Below the pieces are notes generated by a model. That model made no database searches and had not been told where the DNA came from. It saw only the letters and a program-made list of their open reading frames with translations. 64,000 nt of DNA from a bacterium (lineage in GTDB: Bacteria > Fidelibacterota > Fidelibacteria > Fidelibacterales > Fidelibacteraceae). The stretch spans positions 480,001 through 544,000 of the forward strand of contig OY781066.1 of NCBI GenBank assembly GCA_963676395.1, written 5' to 3'. The position numbers and the translations under genes were made by a program. How positions within the stretch are numbered: the stretch's first letter is position 1; every line of letters begins with the position of its first letter. Below, piece after piece: positions 1 to 11,462 of the stretch.

Positions 1-748
1 CCCAAGGTGTACGTGGATGTCCACCACCGGAGGTTCTACCTTCACCACCGCCCATGGGGTGGTCAACCGGGTTCATAGCAACACCACGAACTTTCGGGCG
101 TTTGCCTTTCCAGCGGTTACGGCCGGCTTTACCCAAGGTAACATTCTGATGATCTTTATTACCTACTTCGCCAATTGTTGCCAGGCAAGTCTCAAGGATC
201 ATTCTCATTTCACCTGAAGGTAATTTGATCGTTACATATTTTCCCTCTTTCGCCATGATCTGTGCGCCAGCACCTGCACCACGTGCGATTTGGGCTCCCT
301 TACCAGGTTTCATTTCAATGTTATGTACCATTGTACCTGCAGGGATATCTTTTAAAGGTAACGCATTCCCTCTTTTGATGGGTGCGTCTGAACCGGAGAT
401 CAGCTGGTCACCAACTTGAATGCCCTCTGGTGCGATGATGTATCTTTTTTCACCATCTGCATAAATTAGCAGGGCAATATTAGCCGAACGGTTAGGATCG
501 TATTCAATAGCTGCAACGCGTGACGGTACCCCAAACTTTTCGCGTCTGAAATCGACGATACGATAATGACGTTTATGTCCGCCACCTCGTCTACGTGAGG
601 TTACTCGACCGTTATTGTTACGACCACCGCTTTTTGGATTCGGTTTCAGCAATGATTTTTCCGGTGCTTTTTTTGTCAATTCGTCAAAAACCAATGTGGT
701 TTTGTAACGTTGACCCGGAGTGTGCGGTTTGTAGCTCTTTAAAGCCAT
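1..748 (-). CDS. rplB: 50S ribosomal protein L2 (3' end beyond window edge)
   Basis: Manual translation from ATG at 748: [14 protein letters not shown]...[20 protein letters not shown]...[12 protein letters not shown]...[23 protein letters not shown]; follows rplW. Confidence 0.98.
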   Translation of the reverse strand, partial: MALKSYKPHTPGQRYKTTLVFDELTKKAPEKSLLKPNPKSGGRNNNGRVTSRRRGGGHKRHYRIVDFRREKFGVPSRVAAIEYDPNRSANIALLIYADGEKRYIIAPEGIQVGDQLISGSDAPIKRGNALPLKDIPAGTMVHNIEMKPGKGAQIARGAGAGAQIMAKEGKYVTIKLPSGEMRMILETCLATIGEVGNKDHQNVTLGKAGRNRWKGKRPKVRGVAMNPVDHPMGGGEGRTSGGGHPRTPW

Positions 749-762
749 ATGATTCCTATTCC

Positions 763-1080
763 TTAAACAGCAGTTTCGCCTTCAAAGAAATCAATACGAT
801 CACCTTCAGCAAGGGTTACGATCGCTTTTTTCCAATTTGATCGTCTACCTTCTGTGCGGATCACGCGTCCACCCGAGCGGACTGTCATTGATTTCACTTT
901 ACCTTTTCTATTCATCGTTGCAACGTCGGTAACTTTAACATTGAAACGATCTTCTATCGCCTTCTTGATCTCAATCTTGTTAGCATCAGGAGCTACGACA
1001 AATGCATACTTGCCCATCTCTTCGCCCATGATACTGATCTTTTCTGTCAAGATCGGCCGGATGATGATATTTTTTTTCAT
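763..1080 (-). CDS. rplW: 50S ribosomal protein L23
   Basis: [29 protein letters not shown]10 operon position. Confidence 0.97.
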   Translation of the reverse strand: MKKNIIIRPILTEKISIMGEEMGKYAFVVAPDANKIEIKKAIEDRFNVKVTDVATMNRKGKVKSMTVRSGGRVIRTEGRRSNWKKAIVTLAEGDRIDFFEGETAV

Positions 1081-1095
1081 TCTTTCACCATTCCC

Positions 1096-1722
1096 CTACT
1101 TTAGGGCCTCGTTGATGCTCTTAACGGCTGATTTTTCAATAACAAGAACGTCACAGTCCATGATCTCATAAGTTGAAGCTCTTTCAGCAGACACAACATA
1201 TACATTGGGGATATTGCGCGCTGCCAAATAGAGGTTCTCTTCAATTTCAGGAACCAGGATGGTTAGTTTCTTGCCCGACAAACCAAGTGTGTCAAGAATT
1301 GTTGCAAGGCTTTTTGTTTTTGCTTCTTTCAGTTTGAAATCGTTGACGACCTTGACGGCTTTTTCGTTCATCTTCATGGAGAGAGCTGAACGACGAGCCA
1401 GTCGTTTAACCTTTTTAGGAAGCTTGGTTGTATAGAGGTGAGGTACGGGACCAAACGCTCTACCACCGCCAACCCAGACAGGAGAACGACGAGAACCGGA
1501 ACGAGCCGTACCGCGTCCTTTCTGTTTCCAGGGTTTAGCGCCACCACCACGTGCTTCGCCGCGAGTCTTGGTTTTATGTGTACCTTGACGCATATTAGCC
1601 AATTCGGCTTTTACAGCGAGGTAAATGGTATGTTCATTAGGTTCAATACCAAATACTTCTTTCGCCAGATCCACTTTCTTTTCAAGCTTTTCGCCATTTG
1701 CTTTGTAAACGTCTAATTTCAT
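1096..1722 (-). CDS. rplD: 50S ribosomal protein L4
   Basis: [12 protein letters not shown]...[15 protein letters not shown]...GGGRAFGP; start taken at MKLDV, which overlaps the rplC stop (ATGA). Confidence 0.97.
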   Translation of the reverse strand: MKLDVYKANGEKLEKKVDLAKEVFGIEPNEHTIYLAVKAELANMRQGTHKTKTRGEARGGGAKPWKQKGRGTARSGSRRSPVWVGGGRAFGPVPHLYTTKLPKKVKRLARRSALSMKMNEKAVKVVNDFKLKEAKTKSLATILDTLGLSGKKLTILVPEIEENLYLAARNIPNVYVVSAERASTYEIMDCDVLVIEKSAVKSINEALK

Positions 1723-2348
1723 TCCCAATCTCCCGCTTTAACAAGTTGAACTATGCCGTTCCGGGATCCGGGAACGCTTCCTTTTACCAGCAAAATGTTT
1801 TTGTCTGATCGGATCTCAACTACTTCGAGATTCCTTACTGTCACTGTTTCGTTACCCATTTGACCGGCCATGCGCATACCTTTCCAAACTCTGGAAGGGG
1901 ATGAACCAGCACCGATCGAACCGGGTGCACGTAAACGGTCTTTCTGACCGTGTGACTTTGGGCCGCCGCTGAAGTTGTGTCGTTTCATAGTACCCTGAAA
2001 ACCCTTACCTTTGGATTTTCCGGTTACTGCTACAATGTCGCCTTTTTCGAAAATGTCAACATTGATCACGTCGCCAACTTTAACACCGTCCACTTCTTCC
2101 AAACGAAATTCTTTCAAGGTACGCAATACTTTGCCGGCGCTTTTCAAGTGACCAAGCTCAGGTTTGGTAACTACCTTTTCCCTTACTTCGTCAAAGCCGA
2201 CTTGTACTGCGGTATACCCATCAGTCTCGTCTGTCTTGATCTGTGTTACATAGCATGGGCCCGCTTCGATAACGGTTACCGGAATGTTCCGACCGAACTC
2301 ATCGAAAATACGAGTCATACCAATTTTTTTACCTATGATTCCGTTCAC
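1719..2348 (-). CDS. rplC: 50S ribosomal protein L3 (GTG start)
   Basis: [32 protein letters not shown]. Confidence 0.98.
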   Translation of the reverse strand: MNGIIGKKIGMTRIFDEFGRNIPVTVIEAGPCYVTQIKTDETDGYTAVQVGFDEVREKVVTKPELGHLKSAGKVLRTLKEFRLEEVDGVKVGDVINVDIFEKGDIVAVTGKSKGKGFQGTMKRHNFSGGPKSHGQKDRLRAPGSIGAGSSPSRVWKGMRMAGQMGNETVTVRNLEVVEIRSDKNILLVKGSVPGSRNGIVQLVKAGDWE

Positions 2349-2417
2349 AGTTTTAACCTTTTCTATTCATAGGGGCGTATCCTATGCGAAAAGAGGCCCC
2401 TAATGTTTTGGTTTTCG

Positions 2418-2726
2418 TTAAACCTTAATTTCAATATCCACACCTGCCGGAAGATCCAGCTTCATCAATTCATCGATGGTTTTAGTCGTGGTATTCAGGA
2501 TTTCAACAATACGTTTGTGCACTTTGATCTGAAATTGTTCACGTGATTTTTTATTAACGTGAGGTGAACGGTTAACCGTTACAACCGAACGTTTTGTAGG
2601 CAGAGGAATGGGGCCTGAGATAACGGCTCCGGTTGCCTTTGCACGCTGAACAATCTTCTCTGTTGATTTATCAAGAAGGTTGTGATCGTATGACTTTAAC
2701 GCAATGCGTATTTTTTGTCCTGCCAT
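2418..2726 (-). CDS. rpsJ: 30S ribosomal protein S10
   Basis: [42 protein letters not shown]. Confidence 0.98.
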   Translation of the reverse strand: MAGQKIRIALKSYDHNLLDKSTEKIVQRAKATGAVISGPIPLPTKRSVVTVNRSPHVNKKSREQFQIKVHKRIVEILNTTTKTIDELMKLDLPAGVDIEIKV

Positions 2727-2744
2727 AATGCTTTATGCCTTTAG

Positions 2745-3938
2745 TTATTCAATAATTTTTGTTACAACACCGGCACCTACGGTACGACCACCTTCGCGAA
2801 TAGCGAAGCGTAGCTCTTCTTCCATAGCGATCGGTACGATAAGTTCAACTTCAGCTTCGATATTATCGCCGGGCATTACCATTTCAACGCCATCAGGAAG
2901 TTTGATCGAACCGGTCACGTCCGTTGTACGGAAGTAAAACTGAGGACGATAGCCATCCATGAACGGAGTATGACGGCCGCCTTCTTCTTTCTTCAGGACG
3001 TAAAACTTAGCCATGAACTTGGTGTGAGGTGTAATGGATTTCGGCGCTGCGATAACCTGTCCGCGACGCAACCATTCTTTGTCAATTCCGCGTAGCAAAA
3101 GACCTGCGTTATCTCCGGCTTCTCCACGATCCAACAATTTGCGGAACATTTCAACGCCTGTTACAACTGTCTTCTTGCCTTCAGGGTGGATACCCAGGAT
3201 CTCAACTTCTTCTCCGACCTTGATCACACCGCGTTCGATTCTTCCGGTACCTACCGTACCACGACCCGTGATTGAAAATACATCTTCAACCGGCATCAGG
3301 AAGGGTTTGTCTACCGCGCGCTGAGGTTCAGGAATATAATTGTCGACCGCTTCCATCAATTCCATGATGCTTTTGGTCTTTTCCGGATCTGTAGGATTGT
3401 TCAATGCTTCAAGTGCTGAACCTTTGATGATCGGAATGTCATCACCGGGGAAATCATATTCGCTTAAGAGTTCGCGAAGTTCCATTTCTACCAGTTCCAA
3501 CAATTCAGGGTCATCTACCATATCAACTTTGTTCATATAAACAACCATTGAAGGAACGTTAACCTGGTGGGCCAACAGAACATGTTCGCGAGTCTGAGGC
3601 ATAGGGCCGTCAGCTGCGGATACAACCAGAATAGCTCCGTCCATCTGTGCTGCTCCGGTGATCATATTTTTAATATAATCGGCATGTCCGGGACAATCAA
3701 CGTGAGCATAGTGTCTACTCTCTGTTTCATATTCAACGTGAGCGGTGGCAATTGTGATACCGCGTTCGCGTTCTTCTGGTGCGTTGTCAATACTATCGAA
3801 CGAACGAACTTCTGCGCCACCTGCGATAGCCAATACTGAAGTAATAGCTGCCGTCAGTGTCGTCTTACCATGATCTACGTGACCGATCGTTCCTACGTTC
3901 ACGTGCGGTTTAGTACGTTCAAATTTTGCTTTAGCCAT
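2745..3938 (-). CDS. tuf: Elongation factor Tu (str-operon copy)
   Basis: [35 protein letters not shown]; downstream of fusA. Confidence 0.99.
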   Translation of the reverse strand: MAKAKFERTKPHVNVGTIGHVDHGKTTLTAAITSVLAIAGGAEVRSFDSIDNAPEERERGITIATAHVEYETESRHYAHVDCPGHADYIKNMITGAAQMDGAILVVSAADGPMPQTREHVLLAHQVNVPSMVVYMNKVDMVDDPELLELVEMELRELLSEYDFPGDDIPIIKGSALEALNNPTDPEKTKSIMELMEAVDNYIPEPQRAVDKPFLMPVEDVFSITGRGTVGTGRIERGVIKVGEEVEILGIHPEGKKTVVTGVEMFRKLLDRGEAGDNAGLLLRGIDKEWLRRGQVIAAPKSITPHTKFMAKFYVLKKEEGGRHTPFMDGYRPQFYFRTTDVTGSIKLPDGVEMVMPGDNIEAEVELIVPIAMEEELRFAIREGGRTVGAGVVTKIIE

Positions 3939-3960
3939 GTGAAATACTCCTTTGTTTCAC

Positions 3961-6018
3961 TTATTGTATTTTTTCCGCAATACTTGCGGGAGCAGGTGCG
4001 TAATGATCGAACTGCATCGTAAACACCGCTCTTCCTTGGGTGATAGATCTCAAGTCTGTTGCATAACCGAACATCCCGGCTAAAGGAACATCGGCATTCA
4101 AGACCTGGGCATCGTTTCGAGGGATCATTCCTTTGATCTGTCCTCTCCTCGAAGTGAGGTCACCCATTACATCTCCTAGATACTCATCCGGAGTAACTAC
4201 CTCAACGGCCATGATCGGTTCAAGCAAGATAGCTCCTGCTTGACGGACGGCTTTTTGAAAAGCAATACTTCCGGCTGCTCTAAACGCCATTTCAGATGAA
4301 TCAACCGGATGGTGATTACCGTCAACTAGCGTGATTCTTACATCTTCAATCGGATATCCCTTAAGAACACCGGTCTTACATGCATCTCGCATTCCGCGCT
4401 CAACAGCGGGAATATATTCTTTAGGGATTGCTCCACCCACGATCTTATTCACAAATTCGAAACCCTTACCAACTTCTGAAGGTTCCACATTGATCTTAAC
4501 GCGAGCATATTGTCCTTTACCACCGGTCTGTTTTTTAAAAATCTCATCAATCGTCGCTGCTTTCGTGATCGTTTCTTTATAAGCGACTTGAGGTTTACCG
4601 ACGTGTGCTTGAACTTTAAATTCGCGTTTTAGGCGGTCAACAATGATATCAAGGTGAAGTTCACCCATACCCCAAATAATTGTCTGACCCGTTGACTCTT
4701 CAAACTTAACCTGAAAAGTCGGATCTTCATCGGCCAATTTTATCAAACCGTCTGTCAATGCATCATGATCTGCTTTTGAAGCAGGCTCAATAGCTACATT
4801 GATCACAGGATCCGGAAAGTCCATTTCCTCCAAAACGATCTGATTCTTCTCATCACATAATGTCTGGCCCGTTCTTGTGTTTTTTAAACCAACAACCGCA
4901 ACGATCTCACCTGCATATGCAACTTTGATATCTTCACGTTTATTGGCGTGCATCTTGAGAATTCGGCCAAAGCGTTCACGCTTGCCGTTCTCAGAATTTA
5001 TCATATATTTACCCGCTTCAACCGTACCACTGTATATACGTAGGTAAGTTAAGCGTCCGACATAAGGGTCGGTCATGATCTTAAAAGCCAAGGCTGAAAA
5101 AGGTTCATCAGCGTCCGCTTTGCGAACGACAACCTTATCACTCTTGGGGTCTTTTCCTTCAACTGCAGGTACATCCAACGGTGAAGGAAGATATTCAACA
5201 ACAGCATTCAATAATTCTTGAACACCCTTGTTCTTGAAAGCTGAGCCGCATAGTACCGGGATTAAATCTCCCTTGATGGCACCTACGCGAATCGCATCTT
5301 TCAATTCTTTTTCTGTCAACTCTTCACCCTCAAGATATTTCTCAAGTAGTGAATCGTCGTAGGAAGCGACTTCTTCGACCAAATGATAGCGGTATTCTTC
5401 AACCTTCTCAGCCATATCCTTAGGGATAGGACCATATTCAAAATCCATGCCCAAAGATTCTTCTTTGTAAAGGATCGAACGATTATTAATAAGATCGATA
5501 ATACCTGTAAACATATCACCTGAACCGATAGGCAGGAATACCGGAAGTGGATTAGCGCCTAAACGCTTACGAATCATATCCAGTACATTATAAAAGTCTG
5601 CGCCCGCACGATCCATTTTATTAACAAATGCGATACGAGGCACAGCATATGTATTTGCCTGCTTCCAAACGGTTTCGGACTGAGGCTCTACCCCACCGAC
5701 ACCACAAAATAACGCAACCGCTCCGTCAAGTACTCGTAATGAGCGCTCAACTTCAGCGGTAAAATCTACGTGTCCGGGTGTATCAATAATATTGATACGA
5801 TTTTTACCCCAGGAACAGGTGGTAGCAGCTGATGTGATAGTAATACCACGTTCACGCTCCTGATCCATCCAGTCCATAACAGCCGTACCTTCGTGTACTT
5901 CACCAATTCGATGAGAAACGCCGGTATAGTACAGAATACGCTCAGTCGTCGTGGTTTTGCCCGCGTCGATATGAGCCATAATTCCAATATTTCGTACTTT
6001 TGATAAGTCTACTGCCAC
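3961..6018 (-). CDS. fusA: Elongation factor G (GTG start)
   Basis: [49 protein letters not shown]. Confidence 0.99.
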   Translation of the reverse strand: MAVDLSKVRNIGIMAHIDAGKTTTTERILYYTGVSHRIGEVHEGTAVMDWMDQERERGITITSAATTCSWGKNRINIIDTPGHVDFTAEVERSLRVLDGAVALFCGVGGVEPQSETVWKQANTYAVPRIAFVNKMDRAGADFYNVLDMIRKRLGANPLPVFLPIGSGDMFTGIIDLINNRSILYKEESLGMDFEYGPIPKDMAEKVEEYRYHLVEEVASYDDSLLEKYLEGEELTEKELKDAIRVGAIKGDLIPVLCGSAFKNKGVQELLNAVVEYLPSPLDVPAVEGKDPKSDKVVVRKADADEPFSALAFKIMTDPYVGRLTYLRIYSGTVEAGKYMINSENGKRERFGRILKMHANKREDIKVAYAGEIVAVVGLKNTRTGQTLCDEKNQIVLEEMDFPDPVINVAIEPASKADHDALTDGLIKLADEDPTFQVKFEESTGQTIIWGMGELHLDIIVDRLKREFKVQAHVGKPQVAYKETITKAATIDEIFKKQTGGKGQYARVKINVEPSEVGKGFEFVNKIVGGAIPKEYIPAVERGMRDACKTGVLKGYPIEDVRITLVDGNHHPVDSSEMAFRAAGSIAFQKAVRQAGAILLEPIMAVEVVTPDEYLGDVMGDLTSRRGQIKGMIPRNDAQVLNADVPLAGMFGYATDLRSITQGRAVFTMQFDHYAPAPASIAEKIQ

Positions 6019-6043
6019 GTATTTTTACCTTTCCCTCACGGGC

Positions 6044-6514
6044 TTATCGACTGAAATGAGCGAACGCTTTGTTCGCTTCAGCCATTCTGTGCGTATCATC
6101 TTTCTTCTTGATGGATGAGCCTTCACCTTTTGAGGCAGCCATCAACTCTGAGGCCAATTTATTAGCCATTGCGTTACCTGAACGAGCACCGGCATACGAG
6201 ATGATCCAGCGCATTGCAAGTGCATAGCGACGATCGCGACGAACTTCAACAGGCACCTGATACGTAGCACCACCGATACGTTTGGATTTTACTTCCAAAA
6301 CGGGGGCAACATTATCTAAAGCTTTCTGAAATGTCTCTAGACCTTTACCGCCTGTTTGTTCATTTAAAATGTCGATAGCACCGTACATGATCTTTTCGGC
6401 AACACCCTTTTTACCCTCTTCCATCAAATTGTTGATGAATTTTGTGAGAGTTTTTGATTTGTACTTAGGGTCCGGCAATACGTCGCGTTTAGGTGGCTTA
6501 TTTCTTCTTGACAT
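6044..6514 (-). CDS. rpsG: 30S ribosomal protein S7
   Basis: RIGGATYQVP, THRMAEANKAFAHF. Confidence 0.99.
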   Translation of the reverse strand: MSRRNKPPKRDVLPDPKYKSKTLTKFINNLMEEGKKGVAEKIMYGAIDILNEQTGGKGLETFQKALDNVAPVLEVKSKRIGGATYQVPVEVRRDRRYALAMRWIISYAGARSGNAMANKLASELMAASKGEGSSIKKKDDTHRMAEANKAFAHFSR

Positions 6515-6531
6515 AAATAATTTTCTCCACT

Positions 6532-6906
6532 TTAGGATTTCGGCTTCTTAGCGCCGTAACGTGATCTGCTCTGTCGTCTACCTTCCACACCGGCAGTATC
6601 CAGTGTGCCTCGAATGATATGGTAGCGAACACCCGGAAGATCCTTTACACGACCACCTTCGATAAGCACAATTGAGTGCTCCTGGAGGTTGTGACCTTCA
6701 CCCGGGATGTATGCCGTGACTTCTGTGCTCTTATCAAGACGAACACGAGCGACTTTACGAAGCGCTGAGTTCGGCTTCTTAGGCGTCGTTGTATAGACGC
6801 GTGTGCAAACGCCTCGGCGTTGCGGATTTGCGTTCAAAGCAGGGACCTTGTTTTTCTTCGTGATCTTTTTTCTGCCTTGACGGACTAACTGATTGATCGT
6901 TGGCAT
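6532..6906 (-). CDS. rpsL: 30S ribosomal protein S12
   Basis: MPTINQLVR...[17 protein letters not shown]...[12 protein letters not shown]; true start at 6906 with GGAG RBS (ORF-track extension not used). Confidence 0.99.
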   Translation of the reverse strand: MPTINQLVRQGRKKITKKNKVPALNANPQRRGVCTRVYTTTPKKPNSALRKVARVRLDKSTEVTAYIPGEGHNLQEHSIVLIEGGRVKDLPGVRYHIIRGTLDTAGVEGRRQSRSRYGAKKPKS

Positions 6907-6940
6907 AAGTGTTTTTCTCCAATTTTCACAAAAGCTCAGT

Positions 6941-6969
6941 AAGATAATGCATAAACTGCTTGTTTGCAA
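6941..6969 (-). promoter_or_regulatory. Putative sigma70 promoter of the str operon
   Basis: Minus strand TTGCAA-17 nt-TATCTT about 35 nt upstream of rpsL, just after the rpoC terminator. Confidence 0.6.
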
Positions 6970-7059
6970 GATTTTGTTTAATTTTTGACAGGAATTTTTC
7001 CACACACATCATTTATTCGATATACGTGGGTTTAAAGCCATGCATATTCCTTTATTTTA

Positions 7060-7096
7060 CAAATAAAATAAAGGCTCGACAATGTCGAGCCTCTAC
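7060..7096 (-). terminator. Intrinsic terminator after rpoC (GTAG-headed palindrome)
   Basis: Minus: GTAG-AGGCTCGAC-ATT-GTCGAGCCT-TTATTTTATTT. Confidence 0.75.
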
Positions 7097-7115
7097 ATAT
7101 AAATATCCGTTCCGT

Positions 7116-10100
7116 TTATTCGACAGGTGCTTCAGTTACTTCTACATTTTCAGCAGGAGCTTCTTCGGGAGCCTGTTCGTCAACGATGGCTTTATCGGGA
7201 ACGGGTAATTCAATTTCTTCAACTTCGGGTTCAATGACTTGAACTCTACGATATTCACTCATACCGGTACCGGCAGGGATCATACGTCCGATGATGATAT
7301 TTTCTTTCAAACCACTCAAATCGTCGATCTTTCCGGAGATAGCTGCGTCAGTAAGAACACGAGTCGTTTCCTGGAATGATGCGGCTGAGAGGAATGATTC
7401 AGTATTCAATGATGCGCGCGTAATACCAAGCAGCAGCGGATCAAAAGTTGCAGGTTTTGCAGCTTTGAATTTCGCAGGGCGCTTTTCGGCAGCTTTATGG
7501 CGAGCATTATCTTCTTTAACGAGATCACGAGGATAAACATTACCTTCGATCAATGATGTATCACCGGCATCGTTGATACATACCATATCAAAGAGTTTTT
7601 CATTCTCGATTTGAACTTCCTGACGACCAACGCGATCTCCAACTAGGAAATCGGTATCGCCCGGATCTTTGATCTCTACCTTCTGCAACATTTGTCGAAC
7701 GATAACTTCGATATGTTTATCGTTGATACGCACACCCTGCAGACGGTAAACGTGCTGAATTTCATTCAAGAGGTGTTTCTGTACTTCTTTCACACCACGG
7801 ATCTTAAGGATCTTACGTGGAGGAATAGCACCGTCACATAGAGGTTCACCTGAACGAACATAATCGCCTTCGTGAACAAGAATGTGTTTACCTTTTGGAA
7901 TTTTATATGTGAAAACTTCACCAAGTTCGTTCGTTACGCGAATAGTTTGAATACCGTGTTGTAATTTATCAAAGCGTACATGACCGTCAACTTCAGAAAC
8001 AACTGCTTCGTTGCTGGGGTTACGAGCTTCAAACAACTCTGATACTCGGGGAAGGCCACCGGTAATATCGTTTGATCTTGCAGATTCTTTTGATCGTTTC
8101 GCCAATGTCTGTCCCTGTACAACTTTATCACCTTCTTTAACGATGATAGATGAGTTTTCGGGAAGCGCAATTGGTTTTCCAACCATCTCGCCGGTTTTAC
8201 CGTTCATAATCGCGATTCGTGCTGTCTTTTCACGGTCTTTAGAGGCGATAATCTGCCATTCCATGTGCCCCGACGAATCGGTCACTTCATCATAAGTAAC
8301 ACCGGGGATCAAGTCGAGGAATTTAACCAAACCATCATAACGGGATACAATGTGTTCATTGTAAGCATCCCAATCATAAAGAATTGAATCGGGGCCGACA
8401 TGATCATCATTATTAACATGAACTTTCGCACCCTGAGGAATGGTATATGTGATCAGATTACGGTTATCATCATCAATGATGGATACCTTACCGTTACGAA
8501 CCAATACAATGTTTAAATCGTTTTCAGAGATCAAGAGGTTATCACTAAACTCTACTCGACCTTTAAAGCGAGCTGTCTGGTGTGATTCCTGGATAATACG
8601 GCTGGCTGTACCACCAATATGGAAAGTACGAAGTGTCAGCTGGGTACCCGGTTCACCAATTGACTGTGCAGCCATAATACCTACAGCCTCACCTGTGTTC
8701 ACCAGTTTATCGGTAGCAAGGTTACGTCCGTAACATTTTGCACAAACACCGGTTTTAGCTTCACAAGTCAATACTGAACGAATGTAAACCGATTCAACAT
8801 TAGAGCTTGCAATTTTTTCAGCAAGTTCTTCATCGACATAAGTATCAACTTCAGCGATAACTTCATCGGTTAAAGGATCGATCACATCTTCTTGCAGAAC
8901 ACGACCAACGATACGTTCTTTGAGGTGCTCAATAATATTTTCGCCTTCTTTCAAAGAGGCAACGCGGATACCGTTAATAGTTCCACAATCAATACTATTG
9001 ATCACAACATCCTGAGATACATCAACCAGACGACGAGTCAAATAACCGGCATCGGCTGTCTTCAACGCTGTATCCGAAAGACCTTTTCGGGCACCGTGAG
9101 TTGAAATAAAGTATTCAAGTACGGTCAAACCTTCTTTAAAGTTCGAGGTAATCGGCGTTTCAATAATATCACCGCCGCCACCACCGGTGTTCTTTTGAGG
9201 TTTGTTCATCAAACCACGCATACCGGCCAACTGTTTGATCTGATCTTTAGATCCACGAGCACCGGAATCGGTCATAATGAATAAGGGGTTAAAACCTTCG
9301 TTATCTTGAACCAGTTTCTTGTTCATTACATTCTGAACAGAATCAGTGGTTTTAGACCAAGCGTCAATAACCTTATTATAACGTTCATTTTCGGTAATGA
9401 TACCGCGTTTACGCTTATCATTGATGTCATTAACGTTTTTTTCGGTTTTTTCAATAATTTCAAATTTATCATCGGGAATGATAACATCACTCAAACCGAT
9501 GGACACACCCGAACGAGTCGCCATTGAGAAACCAAGATTCTTGAGGTCATCAAGAAATTCTACAGTTCTGTTAATGCCAACTTCACGGTTACATTCACCC
9601 ACAATACTTTCAATACGCTTCTTGGTAAGCAATTCATTAAAGTAAGGCATACCTTCAGGAACAATAGAGTTGAAAAGAATTCTTCCAACTGTTGTTTCAA
9701 TGATCTTACCATCAACGGCCAACTTAACCTTTGCATGAAGAGTAACCCATTCATTATCTAAGGCAAGAAGTGCTTCGTCGGCACTATAATAAACCGAGCC
9801 TTCACCGGGCTGATTAGAGCGTGCACGGGTAATATAGTAAGATCCAAGAACCATATCCTGAGAAGGAATAGCAATAGGATGACCGTGTGCAGGGTGAAGA
9901 ATATTATTAGATGCAAGCATCAACATTCTTGATTCGATCTGAGCTTCAAATGATAGCGGTACGTGAACAGCCATCTGGTCACCATCAAAATCAGCGTTAA
10001 ACGCAGAACAAACCAAGGGGTGAATTCTAAGAGCTTTACCGTCAATAAGAATAGGCTGAAAAGCCTGGATACCCAGACGGTGAAGTGTAGGAGCACGGTT

Positions 10101-11444
10101 AAGAAGTACAGGATGATCTTTAACCACGTATTCAAGAAGGCTCATTACCTCCGGATCACGGGCTTCGACCATGCTTTTAGCAACTTTAGCGGTACCTGCT
10201 TTTCCACGAACCAGTAGTTCATGGATCAAATGCGGCTTAAACAGCTCAGTTGCCATCTTCTTGGGAATACCACACTCATGCATACGCAATTCGGGACCCA
10301 CACAAATCACTGAACGAGCAGAATAATCAACACGCTTGCCAAGCAAGTTCTGGCGGAAGCGGCCTTCTTTACCGTTCAGCATATCTGAAAGAGATTTCAA
10401 CGGACGGCGTGTGCCCGAACGGACAGCCGCACGTTTTCTACCGTTATCAAATAGTGAATCAACAGCTTCCTGAAGCATACGCTTTTCGTTACGTAAAATA
10501 ACTTCGGGAGCTTTAATGTCTATCAACTGTTTCAAACGGTTATTTCGAATGATCACGCGACGGTAAAGGTCATTCAAATCCGAAGCTGCGAAGCGGCCAC
10601 CTTCAAGGGGAACCAAAGGACGCAATTCGGGTGGAATAACCGGTAATACCTTCAGGATCATATATTCCGGACGATTGATGGGTTGTTCATCTTCATTCAT
10701 GGTTGTGAATGATTTTAAGATCTTCAAACGTTTTACAATGTCATCACGTTCTGAAACGGATTTTGTATTACGCAGTCTGGTCTTAAGTTCACTTACCAAT
10801 TTTGTTACATCCAGGTCAAGCAAGAGCTCGTACACTGCCTGAGCACCTGTTTTTGCAACGAAGAGATCATCTTCATCAATGGGCTCTTCCGCTTCTTCAC
10901 CATAGGTGTAAAGAAGGTCAAAGTATGTGTCTTCGTCAAGTAGTTCCATAGCTTTTACGGGACGTACTTTACCGTTATCCTCTACTTCGGCTTTTCCGGG
11001 TTGGATCACTACATATGATTCATAGTAAATGATCTGCTCCAGTTCTTTAGCGGCAATACCCAAAACATTCGCAAGTTTTGAAGGAATTGATTTAAGAAAC
11101 CAAATATGAACCACGGGAACGGCCAGGTTAATATGGCCCATACGTTCGCGGCGCACAGATTTGCGGGTAACTTCAACACCGCAACGGTCACAAATAATAC
11201 CTTTGTAACGAATGCGTTTGTATTTACCGCAGTGACATTCCCAATCCTTAACCGGACCAAAGATCTTCTCACAAAACAAACCGTCTTTCTCAGGTTTATA
11301 TGAGCGATAATTGATGGTCTCGGGTTTTAGAACTTCACCGCGGGACTTTTCTAATATCGATTCCGGCGATGACAAGCGGATTTGAATCTGCTGAAAGTCT
11401 TTTTTCGCCGTTTTTTGTTGTAATGTACTCAATGCCAATGTCAT
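7116..11444 (-). CDS. rpoC: DNA-directed RNA polymerase subunit beta'
   Basis: Catalytic NADFDGD, Zn finger CHC...CDRC, AAQSIGEPGTQLTLRTFH. Confidence 0.99.
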   Translation of the reverse strand: MTLALSTLQQKTAKKDFQQIQIRLSSPESILEKSRGEVLKPETINYRSYKPEKDGLFCEKIFGPVKDWECHCGKYKRIRYKGIICDRCGVEVTRKSVRRERMGHINLAVPVVHIWFLKSIPSKLANVLGIAAKELEQIIYYESYVVIQPGKAEVEDNGKVRPVKAMELLDEDTYFDLLYTYGEEAEEPIDEDDLFVAKTGAQAVYELLLDLDVTKLVSELKTRLRNTKSVSERDDIVKRLKILKSFTTMNEDEQPINRPEYMILKVLPVIPPELRPLVPLEGGRFAASDLNDLYRRVIIRNNRLKQLIDIKAPEVILRNEKRMLQEAVDSLFDNGRKRAAVRSGTRRPLKSLSDMLNGKEGRFRQNLLGKRVDYSARSVICVGPELRMHECGIPKKMATELFKPHLIHELLVRGKAGTAKVAKSMVEARDPEVMSLLEYVVKDHPVLLNRAPTLHRLGIQAFQPILIDGKALRIHPLVCSAFNADFDGDQMAVHVPLSFEAQIESRMLMLASNNILHPAHGHPIAIPSQDMVLGSYYITRARSNQPGEGSVYYSADEALLALDNEWVTLHAKVKLAVDGKIIETTVGRILFNSIVPEGMPYFNELLTKKRIESIVGECNREVGINRTVEFLDDLKNLGFSMATRSGVSIGLSDVIIPDDKFEIIEKTEKNVNDINDKRKRGIITENERYNKVIDAWSKTTDSVQNVMNKKLVQDNEGFNPLFIMTDSGARGSKDQIKQLAGMRGLMNKPQKNTGGGGGDIIETPITSNFKEGLTVLEYFISTHGARKGLSDTALKTADAGYLTRRLVDVSQDVVINSIDCGTINGIRVASLKEGENIIEHLKERIVGRVLQEDVIDPLTDEVIAEVDTYVDEELAEKIASSNVESVYIRSVLTCEAKTGVCAKCYGRNLATDKLVNTGEAVGIMAAQSIGEPGTQLTLRTFHIGGTASRIIQESHQTARFKGRVEFSDNLLISENDLNIVLVRNGKVSIIDDDNRNLITYTIPQGAKVHVNNDDHVGPDSILYDWDAYNEHIVSRYDGLVKFLDLIPGVTYDEVTDSSGHMEWQIIASKDREKTARIAIMNGKTGEMVGKPIALPENSSIIVKEGDKVVQGQTLAKRSKESARSNDITGGLPRVSELFEARNPSNEAVVSEVDGHVRFDKLQHGIQTIRVTNELGEVFTYKIPKGKHILVHEGDYVRSGEPLCDGAIPPRKILKIRGVKEVQKHLLNEIQHVYRLQGVRINDKHIEVIVRQMLQKVEIKDPGDTDFLVGDRVGRQEVQIENEKLFDMVCINDAGDTSLIEGNVYPRDLVKEDNARHKAAEKRPAKFKAAKPATFDPLLLGITRASLNTESFLSAASFQETTRVLTDAAISGKIDDLSGLKENIIIGRMIPAGTGMSEYRRVQVIEPEVEEIELPVPDKAIVDEQAPEEAPAENVEVTEAPVE

Positions 11445-11462
11445 TCCTCCTATAGAAGGATA

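Noticed and set aside
6532..6906. Streptomycin-resistance alleles in rpsL
   Set aside because: PKKPNSA and RVKDLPG are wild type
6907..7005. N-terminal extension of S12 in the ORF track (likewise L1, L4, Fur and CPBP extensions)
   Set aside because: Conserved starts with RBS or translational coupling lie downstream; the S12 extension overlaps the promoter
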